Positions 21,090 through 31,502 of a stretch of 47,375 nucleotides of DNA are shown here, piece after piece. A program made the position numbers and the translations under genes. The notes under the pieces are model-generated. The model saw only the letters and a program-made list of their open reading frames with translations. It was not told the origin of the DNA and did no database searches. Each line of letters opens with the position of its first letter. Position 1 is the first letter of the stretch. This DNA is from Nemertoderma westbladi (taxonomy: Eukaryota; Animalia; Xenacoelomorpha), in assembly GCA_032718475.1 (NCBI GenBank), contig JAUCBJ010001122.1, forward strand, positions 1 through 47,375. The letters run 5' to 3'.

Positions 21090-21609
21090 GTGCTGGTGTT
21101 AGTTAAATTCCGTTACCGGTACCACTTTCTTGATAAAGGAACCCGTAAGTGTTTTGAAATATTGCAATAATTTTGTTTTTGCGTCATCCTTACCCCGTTT
21201 ATATTAATATAAATTCATTAGGAAGTGCGTCTCTGAATGAGAAGACTAATTACAACATTACATTATACCCCATGCGGTATCTCTCTCATACACATTTTAC
21301 CCAAAGAAGAGTACTGTACTGTAGTATAGAAATAAGAAAATCAATGTGGTAATTTGCAACGCTATAACGGTACTGCAAAGGCAGAAAAGTTCAGATCAAT
21401 AGACCTATTTACAATGATCTACTGTAATGCCTACCAACACAAGAATTTCATGCATATGCATAATTATATGCATGTCATACAGATTGAATTATGCATTATA
21501 AGATAATTAACTAATTTTTTTTAGGTCCGCGTAGCGAGACCTCTACTATTCAATTCGTTGTTGTTGTTGTTAATTCCCAGTTGGGTTTTAGTTTTATACG
21601 GCTTCATAC

Positions 21610-21790
21610 GCCGCAGTGGGGAAATTTGTAGAGCGTTGGACTTGGAATCTCTAGGTACCGAGTTCAATCCCCCGTTCCAGTAAATGTTCTTTGGTAGTAA
21701 GATTGGAAGTAAACCATTCAAGGAGACGAGTTCATGCGTTAGTAGACTCGCGCTTGTTTACTTAGCTTAGACATAAATAATAACAAACAT
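21610..21790 (+). mobile_element. Probable degenerate tRNA-derived SINE
   Basis: GTAGAGCG...GGACTTGGAATCT...GAGTTCAATCCC tRNA-like head followed by an A-rich tail near 21775. Confidence 0.45.
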
Positions 21791-22511
21791 CATAATAATT
21801 ACTGTAATAGGCCATATCAAATTCTTATTGAATAAACATAGGAATTAGTTTGAAGCTTAGCTTCTTTACAGATATGCACATTTTTATTATCACTACCAAA
21901 TATTTATAGTACCGGCTGATCGGTACTAAAAGTTTAGTGTTATTTTCAATCTAATCTGTAGGCCATACTTAATACGTAGGCCTACTTAATACGGCTTTAA
22001 ATACTGGTGGAAACAGCATTTTATCAATGTTCCTATCATAAATTTCATCAATTGTAGTGTCCAGATTCTCCGCTATCAATTGATATAAGCCACGTGTGAA
22101 ATGATTGAGATTTAATCAATATGTATTTGTATCAATCAAAAATCACTATCCATAGAAACCAAAATCAGAAATTATCAGAGCAGTTTGTAGTGACGTCAAA
22201 TCTGTAGCAGCCAATCACAGCCGATTTAAAAAAATGACTCCCAGTGCATACTTAAACCCGCCATTTTGAAGGTTTCCACAGGATTTTACAAAAAACACAC
22301 CCCGCCACGACACCTTGTTACCCCTTATTTAATTGTTTCTAGCCCAAACACTTTTTCTCGCACCATCCATATTCTAAGAGTTTTGTATGGTATTTAATTA
22401 TATATTTTTTTTGTGTAATCCATCTAAATATGGCGACAAAGTGGGAATTTTTACCCAAAATGGTCACTCCAGGCACATCGTCAATATTTAATTGGTAATT
22501 GAGATGGCTAG

Positions 22512-22855
22512 CGCCAATATGATGGTAAGCTGCCCGGATAATATCGTAGGCAGGTAAGAATATGATATATAATATATATTTAATAACAAGTTGGTTAATT
22601 GGGTAACAACCAGATAATGTGAATATAATTATTGTATTATATAATAATTATTGCAATGTAGGTGGTAGGCCTACAATACAGCACGGTACAATACTGCTGT
22701 GACGAACTACAGGAATCGGGCAGTAGTAGGTCGGTAGGTACAGAATGGAGAGTCAGTCTGTACCGGGGCTACCCAAGCCTAACTGGTGCTCGGATCTTAT
22801 TGGCTAGAGCAGAGCAATCTCAATATCACTAAGCAGCAGGGCTGCTGGACTGGCG
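22512..22855 (-). repeat. 3' LTR
   Basis: CGCCAATATGATGG...GGACTGGCG, direct repeat of 28334-28677. Confidence 0.97.
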
Positions 22856-22880
22856 CAATTGCTTTTTTTTTTTTTTTTTT
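22856..22880 (-). other. Putative polypurine tract (A18G) separated from the 3' LTR by CAATTG
   Basis: Minus strand reads A18-G-CAATTG-LTR; it is the only purine run at the expected position. Confidence 0.55.
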
Positions 22881-23307
22881 AGTTTGGAACTGGCCATCAG
22901 TTTAACGATTGCTGGGTAGCTCACGGTGAATTAAGTGCACATATAAATTTTAGACTAACTGTGTAAATAAGTAAATATAAGTAAATGTGCCCAAAATAGT
23001 AGAGTATTGCAATATAAACAAATGTGCCCTACATATATGGATAATGGATCAAAACATATAACTAACAGGTAATAAATCAATCTGGGCATACATAGAAAAT
23101 ATTACAATGCGATCATATAGAGGTAAGCTCTAAAACAAATGTGTATATGGTTAATAGATAAGATTATATATATATTATATCCACAGTTTCCTGTATAGTA
23201 GTATATCCTCAGTTTCTATATACATGCAAGAACAACTAACTAATAGTATTATAGAACACAAAAAAAAAACAACAAAGGCCTCTGACGTGGTGTCGTCCAC
23301 ATGGTGA

Positions 23308-26300
23308 CTATGATCTGTTAAAACCATAATAATCAGGGGGCTGTAAGCTATTACGAGGGCGTAATGATGCCAGTGTGGGTGCCACTGTGCCATCTTGACT
23401 GTTAGATGGCTGAGGTACAGAGCTTGTACCGGTGATTGGAGGGGCGCCCAGTAGGGGTAAGTTCACCAGTGGCAAATGTCGATGCGATGGATCACCAGCA
23501 TCTATGGGAGTCGGGAGAGTTGACGTAGAGGTGGGCTGATGCTCATCATCGTCCTCACCCGAAGAATCTGGACGACGTCCAGGGGGTGGGTCGCGATATG
23601 GCACGCGGTAGCACTCCGGCCGAAGGACGCGGTAGGCATGGGCACGTAGCTGACGTCCAGCAAATTTCCGGACGTAGCACCACAGTCCATCCAGTGTTGT
23701 TATAATGTAACGAGGACGACCCATTGTCTTGTTGCCATCTGTGTATAGATGGACGAGATCACCAATGCGGAGGGTGTCTTGTGGGGGGGTTACGGTCGGG
23801 CGGCGTAGCTTGGAGTGTTCACTTACTGGGTGGTTGGCTGATCGAACCTGCTGTTGTCGATCAATGAGGGAAGTGTCATTGATGGGAATCTGTTCCCCAG
23901 TGAACTGATCCTGGTGTGACATAATTTCACGAGAGGATAGTCCACACGAACGGATACGGGCATTCAGGTTAGCCACAGCAAAAACGACAGTGAGGGGTGA
24001 GAAGGGACCACCAGTGGGTTGTAGGCGTAATAATTCTTCTTCTAGTTCACGCACTGCATGCTCAGCTACAGGGTTTTTATTAACATTTTTGGGGCGACCA
24101 ATTTCAAGGCGAAAGTGATGATGTGCAAGTCTAGCATCATTAGAAAGGGCTTGGAATGCAGGTGCAGGGTCGACTCGGATAATGGCAGGTGGACCATCGA
24201 GGGGATTCAGGCCAATACATAGGGTAAGTAATGCATCACGAAGTGTATCGCAGCGCTCATCATGGATGATGCATGCAGCTGTAAATGATGATACTGTTTC
24301 ACGTATAAGTAGTATATATTGACGATTTTGGCGCATAATGTCGGCTGCAAATGACAGACCAATAGCAACAGGTGGTGGTTCAGATTGTTGTGGGACAATA
24401 CGGGGTGGAGCAGATGCAAGGGCAACACATTGGTGGCAACAGTCAGAGATAGATTGGATTGCATGTTCTAAATCAAGAGCATAAAAATATCGGGCACAGA
24501 CACGTCTCAGTTGGGCACGAGGGGGGTGATTAAGCTCTAAATGAAGTGAGGTGAGGAGGCCAATGAGGGCGTGTCGTGGTATCACAATTAGTTCTTGTGG
24601 TGCCTGGAAGGGAACATTCCTGCGGACAATAAGAAGATCGTCAGAGGAGATAGATGTGACACCCAGATATCGTTTTACATCCCGGATGTTAGTTAACTTC
24701 TTAGAAGGTCGGGTGCCCTGACGCAAATGTGCTTTAGCACGTCTGATGTCGGAGCATTCAGTTTGCGTAATACGCCATGCTGGGCGGCTGGCATAGATAG
24801 GGCGGTTGGGTATAGCTTCAGGGTTTGGTAGCTTGGTAGTTTTCATAGTTTTGGGTGTGTTTAAGTCAGATGGGAATGGTTCAGACTCCAGGTCATAACT
24901 GGAATCCTCTCTACCCTGAGGGTGGTCATGCTCATTGTGGGGTACTGCAGGCTCCTCCAGGGAGCTAGAGGAAATTGCAGAGGTGGTATCATGGAGTGCA
25001 CGGATTATTGGAGAAGTGACGGTTTCGTCAAGGAAGCGACATATCTGGCAGTTCCCTGAACTGCATGGTGGTACATTACGGCTCTGGAAATCTGCTGACA
25101 GATTTGTGGCACCCTTAATGTGCGTCATGGCTAGGCCAAACTGTGATACTGTGGCAAGGAAGGTGGAAAGACGTGGACTAGCTGAGTATGCGCCTCGGGA
25201 CAGTTTGATAAAGGCCTGGACGCAAGGCTTACTGTCGGTGAGAACAGTTGACTGATGCAATGAATGGGATATATAAGGGGAAAAATGTTGGACAGCCATG
25301 GCAATCGCAAGTGCCTCGAGTTCACAGGGGAGCCAAGATGTCTGGTGTGTGCGTAATTTAGCAGAATAATAACCAGCAACCAGGAAGGATGATGCACGGT
25401 TCACATATAAGACTGCGCCAAGGCCATCTGTACTGGAGGCAGCATCAGTGACAATATATAATCTATCGGTAGGCCTGGGTATGGCAACAGAACGACAGGA
25501 TTTCAGGGAGGCCTGAGCACGACGAAAGGCTACAGATGATTCATCCGTCCAGGCAACAGCATCACGCGGCTGGTCAGACAACAGGGTGTCGAGTGGGGCA
25601 ATGAGACTGGAACAATGGGGGAGAACCTTAGCTAAAACCTTGAAGGATCCAATGAACGACCTGAGCTCACGGATGGTAGATGGGGGTGGGCAACATGAGA
25701 GAGTAGATATGATATGAGGTGATGCAGAGAGGAATCCCTCAGTCCATTGCCAACCAAGAATAGTGGTGGAACGTGGACAAATGACGGTTTTCTTTGGTGA
25801 TAACCGTAAGTCACAGCGATGAAGTGCTGCAAGGAGGGCAGTGAAATTACTAAGGAGATCTTTTATGGTGTTTCCACCACAGTAAAGATCATCGGCCAAC
25901 TTTGTGACACCACCTTGGATGATAAGGTCACCAAGGACTCTGCACATAAGTTCCTCAAGTGCAGTCTCAGATCCTGGCATGCCCATGGCACAACGGGCAT
26001 AAACACGAACACCCCGGAATGGTGTAACTACGCCACAAAACTTCATTGATGATTGCTGTAAGGGAATTTGATAAAAGGCAGAAGTTAAATCAGTTTTAAT
26101 AATGTAACGGTAGGAACCAATGGTACGAAGGGTGGACGTGACATCAGGGAGTAAGGCAGGTTGGGGCTTGCAGTATCGAGCTACCTCAGTGAAGGCTGTG
26201 ACAAGGCGGGTGCCGCCATTAGGCTTAGAGGCTAGAAATGATGGGGATAAATACTCAACATTAACTGGGACTGACTCTGGCGTAGCAAATACACCAAGGT

Positions 26301-26580
26301 GTTCAAGTTCATCAAAGCGCTCTTGCAACTCTAGTAGGCGGTTGCGGGCATACTGAGGCAGACGACCCTTATGTTGGGGAGGGAGGGTAGGTCCCATGTT
26401 AACAACTGCCTCGAATGGGCCAGCTGCACCATTGTACCCTTGATAGTGGGGGTTAAAGACAGTATCATATTTATCTAATAAAGCATGGAAACTTTGGCGG
26501 TCAGAGGGGGAGAGTAGACTATCGGGATCAATAGAAACTGGATCTGAGTACTTTAGTGCGGGATGAGGGGGTTGACGAAC
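23308..26580 (-). CDS. pol: Gypsy pol: RT, RNase H, integrase
   Basis: ORF 23308..26397, with the frame open upstream to about 26580. RT KTDLTSAFYQI, GMPGS, LADD; RNase H VTDAAS, CELEALAI, LTDSKP, ADFQSR; integrase HLELNH...CHQC, FAADI, and VD-(35 aa)-E. Confidence 0.95.
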   Translation of the reverse strand, partial: VRQPPHPALKYSDPVSIDPDSLLSPSDRQSFHALLDKYDTVFNPHYQGYNGAAGPFEAVVNMGPTLPPQHKGRLPQYARNRLLELQERFDELEHLGVFATPESVPVNVEYLSPSFLASKPNGGTRLVTAFTEVARYCKPQPALLPDVTSTLRTIGSYRYIIKTDLTSAFYQIPLQQSSMKFCGVVTPFRGVRVYARCAMGMPGSETALEELMCRVLGDLIIQGGVTKLADDLYCGGNTIKDLLSNFTALLAALHRCDLRLSPKKTVICPRSTTILGWQWTEGFLSASPHIISTLSCCPPPSTIRELRSFIGSFKVLAKVLPHCSSLIAPLDTLLSDQPRDAVAWTDESSVAFRRAQASLKSCRSVAIPRPTDRLYIVTDAASSTDGLGAVLYVNRASSFLVAGYYSAKLRTHQTSWLPCELEALAIAMAVQHFSPYISHSLHQSTVLTDSKPCVQAFIKLSRGAYSASPRLSTFLATVSQFGLAMTHIKGATNLSADFQSRNVPPCSSGNCQICRFLDETVTSPIIRALHDTTSAISSSSLEEPAVPHNEHDHPQGREDSSYDLESEPFPSDLNTPKTMKTTKLPNPEAIPNRPIYASRPAWRITQTECSDIRRAKAHLRQGTRPSKKLTNIRDVKRYLGVTSISSDDLLIVRRNVPFQAPQELIVIPRHALIGLLTSLHLELNHPPRAQLRRVCARYFYALDLEHAIQSISDCCHQCVALASAPPRIVPQQSEPPPVAIGLSFAADIMRQNRQYILLIRETVSSFTAACIIHDERCDTLRDALLTLCIGLNPLDGPPAIIRVDPAPAFQALSNDARLAHHHFRLEIGRPKNVNKNPVAEHAVRELEEELLRLQPTGGPFSPLTVVFAVANLNARIRSCGLSSREIMSHQDQFTGEQIPINDTSLIDRQQQVRSANHPVSEHSKLRRPTVTPPQDTLRIGDLVHLYTDGNKTMGRPRYIITTLDGLWCYVRKFAGRQLRAHAYRVLRPECYRVPYRDPPPGRRPDSSGEDDDEHQPTSTSTLPTPIDAGDPSHRHLPLVNLPLLGAPPITGTSSVPQPSNSQDGTVAPTLASLRPRNSLQPPDYYGFNRS

Positions 26581-27665
26581 AACCGTACTGGGTGTACTAT
26601 TGTAAATATTAATGACGAGTAAGGGTCTACGAGTAAGGGTGTACTATTGACATTGGTCACTGCTGCTGGTTGAGAAATGGCTGGGGTTGATGTACATACA
26701 TGGGAGTTACGTTTTATAGTGACAGGGTTTGGTAACTCATTTGGGATACGGACTTGTCCAAGATAAGGTTGGACAACCATGGGTGAAAACCATGGTGGAG
26801 GGAATGATCCAGAGCCGGGGGCAAGATGTGGGGCAACAAGAAGTGGGGTATCGCAGTCGATATGGGGAGGAAGGGAGAGGGAGAGGGAGTCTCCAGGCCA
26901 TATCACAGATGAGTGGGAAGGAGCGCGGAGGAGGGTAGACTCAATCCGCCGCACATTAGGTATAGCTGGTGAAGATGGTGTATATATGGCTGAACTGCCA
27001 TCATGGAATGTGATTATGTTAAGGGCAGGACGAATGCTGATATCGTTTGCCTGTAGAAATGGCATTCCAGCTATAACAGGGGTTCCCAAGGAGGAGACTA
27101 CAAGGCCCGTAAATGGAAAGGTTAATGATTTATGTGACATACTGAAGGTAGTTTCACCAATAACACGGAGGGTGGATTTACCATCAGCAAGGGCTGGCAC
27201 TTGCCGGGAGCTGGGCGATATAGTTACTCCTAGGGTTCGCACTAGTGATTCCCAGATAAGATTTGATTCCGATCCACAGTCCAGGGTAATACGGTACGCA
27301 TTTCCATTGGTACATACATCGAGATATGGGGAGTGAACAACTGCTACACGTTGGACTCGGGGTGAGTCCTCCGAAAATTTATCTAACTCAACAATGGGAA
27401 TATCATCAACTTCCTCGTCCTCTTCATCCTCAAGATCTATAAGACGGGTACGAGTAATGTATTTACGGTCACGTTCGGGTAGAAAGGGGCAGTTACTCAG
27501 AAAATGGTCTATAGGATGACGACCTACCTGGTAACATAGTGCACAGGTCGGGCTAGTGCGTGAACGTTGCAGCGACAACTGTCGGTGTCGGGCATCACTC
27601 CTTTGCTTGGTTACTGGTGGTCCTGGTCGATGGGCTATGACAGTGTGGGTGCGGAAGGAACTCAC
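26553..27665 (-). CDS. Gypsy gag C-terminus (Zn knuckle) + aspartic protease
   Basis: CALCYQVGRHPIDHFLSNC knuckle; protease ITLDCGSESNLI...IAGMPFL. Out of frame with pol because of a 47-bp insertion. Confidence 0.85.
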   Translation of the reverse strand: MSSFRTHTVIAHRPGPPVTKQRSDARHRQLSLQRSRTSPTCALCYQVGRHPIDHFLSNCPFLPERDRKYITRTRLIDLEDEEDEEVDDIPIVELDKFSEDSPRVQRVAVVHSPYLDVCTNGNAYRITLDCGSESNLIWESLVRTLGVTISPSSRQVPALADGKSTLRVIGETTFSMSHKSLTFPFTGLVVSSLGTPVIAGMPFLQANDISIRPALNIITFHDGSSAIYTPSSPAIPNVRRIESTLLRAPSHSSVIWPGDSLSLSLPPHIDCDTPLLVAPHLAPGSGSFPPPWFSPMVVQPYLGQVRIPNELPNPVTIKRNSHVCTSTPAISQPAAVTNVNSTPLLVDPYSSLIFTIVHPVRLFVNPLIPH

Positions 27666-27711
27666 TTCGGTTGACGCATGGATTTCCTCAAGGAGGGAAG
27701 TTAGGTGGTGG

Positions 27712-28125
27712 CTAAGTTATGGTGGCTAAATCGAGGAATCTCGCGCCAGTAGATTGGAAACCGTAATGCTGGCGTATGGCATGCCAGATGGTAATTAGAG
27801 ATGTGGAAGAGCGGACAATGGAGTTTCTTGAGATAATTGGGGCGTAGTTGGCAATCTGCCCAAGCATTAGCTCAAGTGCGGCTGCTTGTTGGGTGGCTGT
27901 ACGGCGCCGGGCTACTGGTATGGTGTCCGGATCATCATGGAGATCGCGGTTCGGGTTGTTGGGGGTTTTTCGACCCCATGTAGCACCAGCCTTGGGAAAC
28001 CGTGCGAATTCCGGATCAAGGGCGAGTGTATACGTCAATGTTTGCCTCCACGATTCAAATGAGGTAATTGTCTCGACTTTAGATAATGTATGCAGCTTTG
28101 GTGGGCGTAAGGTAGAGGCGGCCAT
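27712..28125 (-). CDS. gag: Gypsy gag N-terminus, truncated
   Basis: First ORF after the PBS ([28 protein letters not shown]). Ends at a TTAGCCACCA duplication junction, out of frame with the next ORF. Confidence 0.8.
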   Translation of the reverse strand: MAASTLRPPKLHTLSKVETITSFESWRQTLTYTLALDPEFARFPKAGATWGRKTPNNPNRDLHDDPDTIPVARRRTATQQAAALELMLGQIANYAPIISRNSIVRSSTSLITIWHAIRQHYGFQSTGARFLDLATIT

Positions 28126-28321
28126 TAGCTGCAGATTTGTATGATTGGATAGGGGTAACAGGGTAGTCCTATATTTTAAATAGGGCTATATGGGGCAGAT
28201 ACACCGGCAGGTATTAAAGTACCGGTATTTATTTGAAATCTGGCTGTCTGGGTATTGTAGAATAGCAGAGTAGAGGGTGGTGTGGTGGTGTTCTGAGTTC
28301 TGAATGTCTGAATCAACCAAA

Positions 28322-28333
28322 TCGCTGCCACCA
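28322..28333 (-). other. Primer-binding site, tRNA-Leu type
   Basis: TGGTGGCAGCGA directly abuts the 5' LTR; complementary to the ...CGCTGCCACCA 3' end of eukaryotic tRNA-Leu(AAG). Confidence 0.85.
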
Positions 28334-28677
28334 CGCCAATATGATGGTAAGCTGCCCGGATAATATCGTAGGCAGGTAAGAATATGATATATAATATATA
28401 TTTAATAACAAGTTGGTTAATTGGGTAACAACCAGATAAGGTGAATATAATTATTGTATTATATAATAATTATTGCAATGTAGGTGGTAGGCCTACAATA
28501 CAGCACGGTACAATACTGCTGTGATGAACTACAGGAATCGGGCAGTAGTAGGTCGGTAGGTACAGAATGGAGAGTCAGTCTGTACCGGGGCTACCCAAGC
28601 CTAACTGGTGCTCGGATCTTATTGGCTAGAGCAGAGCAATCTCAATATCACTAAGCAGCAGGGCTGCTGGACTGGCG
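28334..28677 (-). repeat. 5' LTR
   Basis: Direct repeat of 22512-22855, adjacent to the PBS. Confidence 0.97.
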
Positions 28678-31502
28678 TAGGAACATAACTAAACTTGTAG
28701 ACAATCCCTAAATACACATTAAATGCTCTAATGAGCTCCAGCCCCTCCAGGGCATTTATCCCTATTGAAACCTGTATTGGTTACTACAGCATCATTTAAT
28801 CCCTCAAACATTTAATCAATATTTCGTTAAATAGTTTATTTGCAATAGTATTAATAATGTTCTTGGTTCATAGTATAATAAAATAGTACAAAGTACAGAA
28901 ACAAACAGAATACAATAAACCAATAATAAGCTTAGCGACTGCAGTAGGCCTACTGTGAAAACTGAGCAGTTGTACCTGTTTTTAATTCAAAGAGCACCGA
29001 CAGAAATAGAATGCACAGAACGAATGGAATGTTCTCGAATGTTCTATCCAATCACAACTGGACAAATAGCATATGGGGCGAGCTACATGCTAATACTGTC
29101 TAACCGGCATATATGGGGCGAGACGCATGCTATATGTTTGTAAACCACCACCATATGTATATCACTACACCCTCCTTAGAGCTCCGCCGTAGGAGTTTAT
29201 AACCACAGAGGGGATTGACGTGGGGATCAGCGAGTTTGGGGCTGGTGTGGCATAGTTCAGGGCCCCAATATATAGTTTTGTATTACGGGGCGGGGTGACG
29301 TCCACCGCGGTCATGGGACTAGTGGACATAGGGGTGGCTGAAACCATAAGGGGGTGAGGAAGCCACACTGGAGAGTAGTTTGGAGGTGTAGACAGGAGGA
29401 AACGTCAATTTCTCGTCACAGTACGAGGTGGGGGTTCACACCGTGTAGTGCCGATTGGGCCCAACCATGACCATGGTTTGCTTCCGGTCCCAGCAGTGCG
29501 AGCAGGGGTTCTGGATGACCACAGGGTCATGGACAGCAAAGAGCGGGAGATTGGGCAATTCGGGCAGTGCGGAGTGACTGGGACAGAGTGTCGAGAATCA
29601 TGTGAGACTTACCCCTGCAGTAGCAGGTAGTAAACTGGTGCAGCGCCAGCTTGGATTTGAGTTGTTGCATATGGGTGTTTTCCACTTCTGAAAACTATAT
29701 GCAGTCTAAAATTGTGACCAGAGGTTCATGGTCAGCGACCAGGGAGAAGGTGGTGAGACCAAGGAGGAAGTTGTGGAACTTCTGGATGCCCCAGACTACT
29801 GCTACAAGTTACAACTCAATAGTGGCGCATGAAGACTCTCCTGGAGTAATTAACCGAGATCCACATTCTATAAGGAGCCTCTCTGTCCTGAGGCGCTGGA
29901 AAAGGGCATAGTCAAGCCTTTTGAGACGAGAAACATCAGTTATGAGCATCGTATCGATGGAGACATCGGATGTGGTCAGAACCAAAGAGGTATAGTAAGG
30001 GCCACCTTGATGGCATCAAAGGCACGGGTATGGTCGTCGGTTGACCAGATATATGGCGATTTCATCGATAGGTGGGGGCAGAGTGGTAGGAGCCTCTCAG
30101 ATATCTCGTAGGAGAATGCAGTGAGTTGATCTACAAGCCTGATAAAACTTTGGAGACCAGTTAGAGTTTCTGGATGCGGGAAGGAAGCTATAGCAGAGAG
30201 TTTAGTGGGGTCGGCATGGATGCCATCTGTCCTGACTAAGTAGCTGCCAAATTTGACATTGGAAACTTAACGGGAGTATCCTAAGATCCGGGCAAACCGA
30301 TTTGCTGAGAATCTGTCCCTGCATCTCCAGAGAGACAATGATTTCCATTGTGGTGGAATTTCGGCTCGACGTGATGACGGAGGGGAAGGCGACTGTGAAT
30401 TTGTATTGGTAGTACATTGGCGGCGATGAGATCCAGGTTGGTGGAAGAGAGGAGATCCTTCCCAACTCCTCCAAGTTGCGCCACTGACTGGAAGCTCGCA
30501 ATCAGGTAGTCCAGTTTGCATATCGCCACGAGGGATTCTAAGCGGTTAATGGAGTTGCGGTATAGGATACCGCATACGCAGAAGAAGGTTCCTTCGAGGA
30601 ACCGCTGGATTGGCACACCTGCTGGAAGTGTCCCTTCTTGCCACAGCCGCAGCAGTGAACTTCGCGGGCAGGCAGGGCATGCAGATTTGTCGGAATGGTG
30701 TGCTTGCACACAATTTCCACAAATGTGGGTGCAATTGTTCTCCTTTGTGGAGGAAGATTTTCAGGGTTGCTGGGAACCATTCAAGGGGGGCATCGAAGCA
30801 CCCTGACACATTGGAGAGTGGCCACCACATTGTTTGTATTGGGAGATTTTGGAAACTGAGTGGGAACTCCCAAGTACTTGGGTGTTTGTAGTGCTGTACT
30901 CCCAGTTCTGACAGATAGTGCGAGTTTCTTCTAGAGAGGGCCGGGGTAGTATTTTTAGGAGTTTCTGTTGAAGTGTCTGTAAACTATCTGTCACTATCTG
31001 GTTGTCCTGGCACTCCACGCCCAGTTCTGGGATTTTGGCGAGGTGTTTAAATGACTGATAGAAGTCATCGAAAGTTTTAGATGCGCCCTGGTTGCTTCTG
31101 TGGAATTGCATGCAGTCGACATTGATGCTGTGTTACCGCGGAGGTGTTCAACAAATTGAGAAATCGTCGCCGTGTCCACCTTGTCACTGTCTGGATCAGT
31201 TCCACGGTATATCGGACAACGTCGTGTAGGCCTGATCCAGGCGGTGAGGAGTGTGTAAACCTGTTTGCTGGGTGGAAAGGTTTCTGCACTCTCTCTGACA
31301 ACAGGGACTGCTGTCCCAACTATTATTATTATTATCTTTTAATCCACGCCATTAAGGCACATAGTAAAAATAAGTACATAATTAAATTGGACAATAGAAA
31401 TACACAGGCAGATGAGTCTAAATAATATGGAGTACATGAAAAGCATAAGTAAGTAATATTATTAACTATTAGCACAGCACAACTATATTACAGTAATTAG
31501 TG

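Larger units (their letters stand above)
22512..28677 (-). mobile_element. Gypsy/Ty3 LTR retrotransposon with non-canonical CG...CG LTRs; young but internally damaged
   Basis: Two 344-bp LTRs (22512-22855, 28334-28677) with 2 differences seen; PBS; gag-PR-RT-RH-IN order; TAG on both flanks. Confidence 0.95.
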
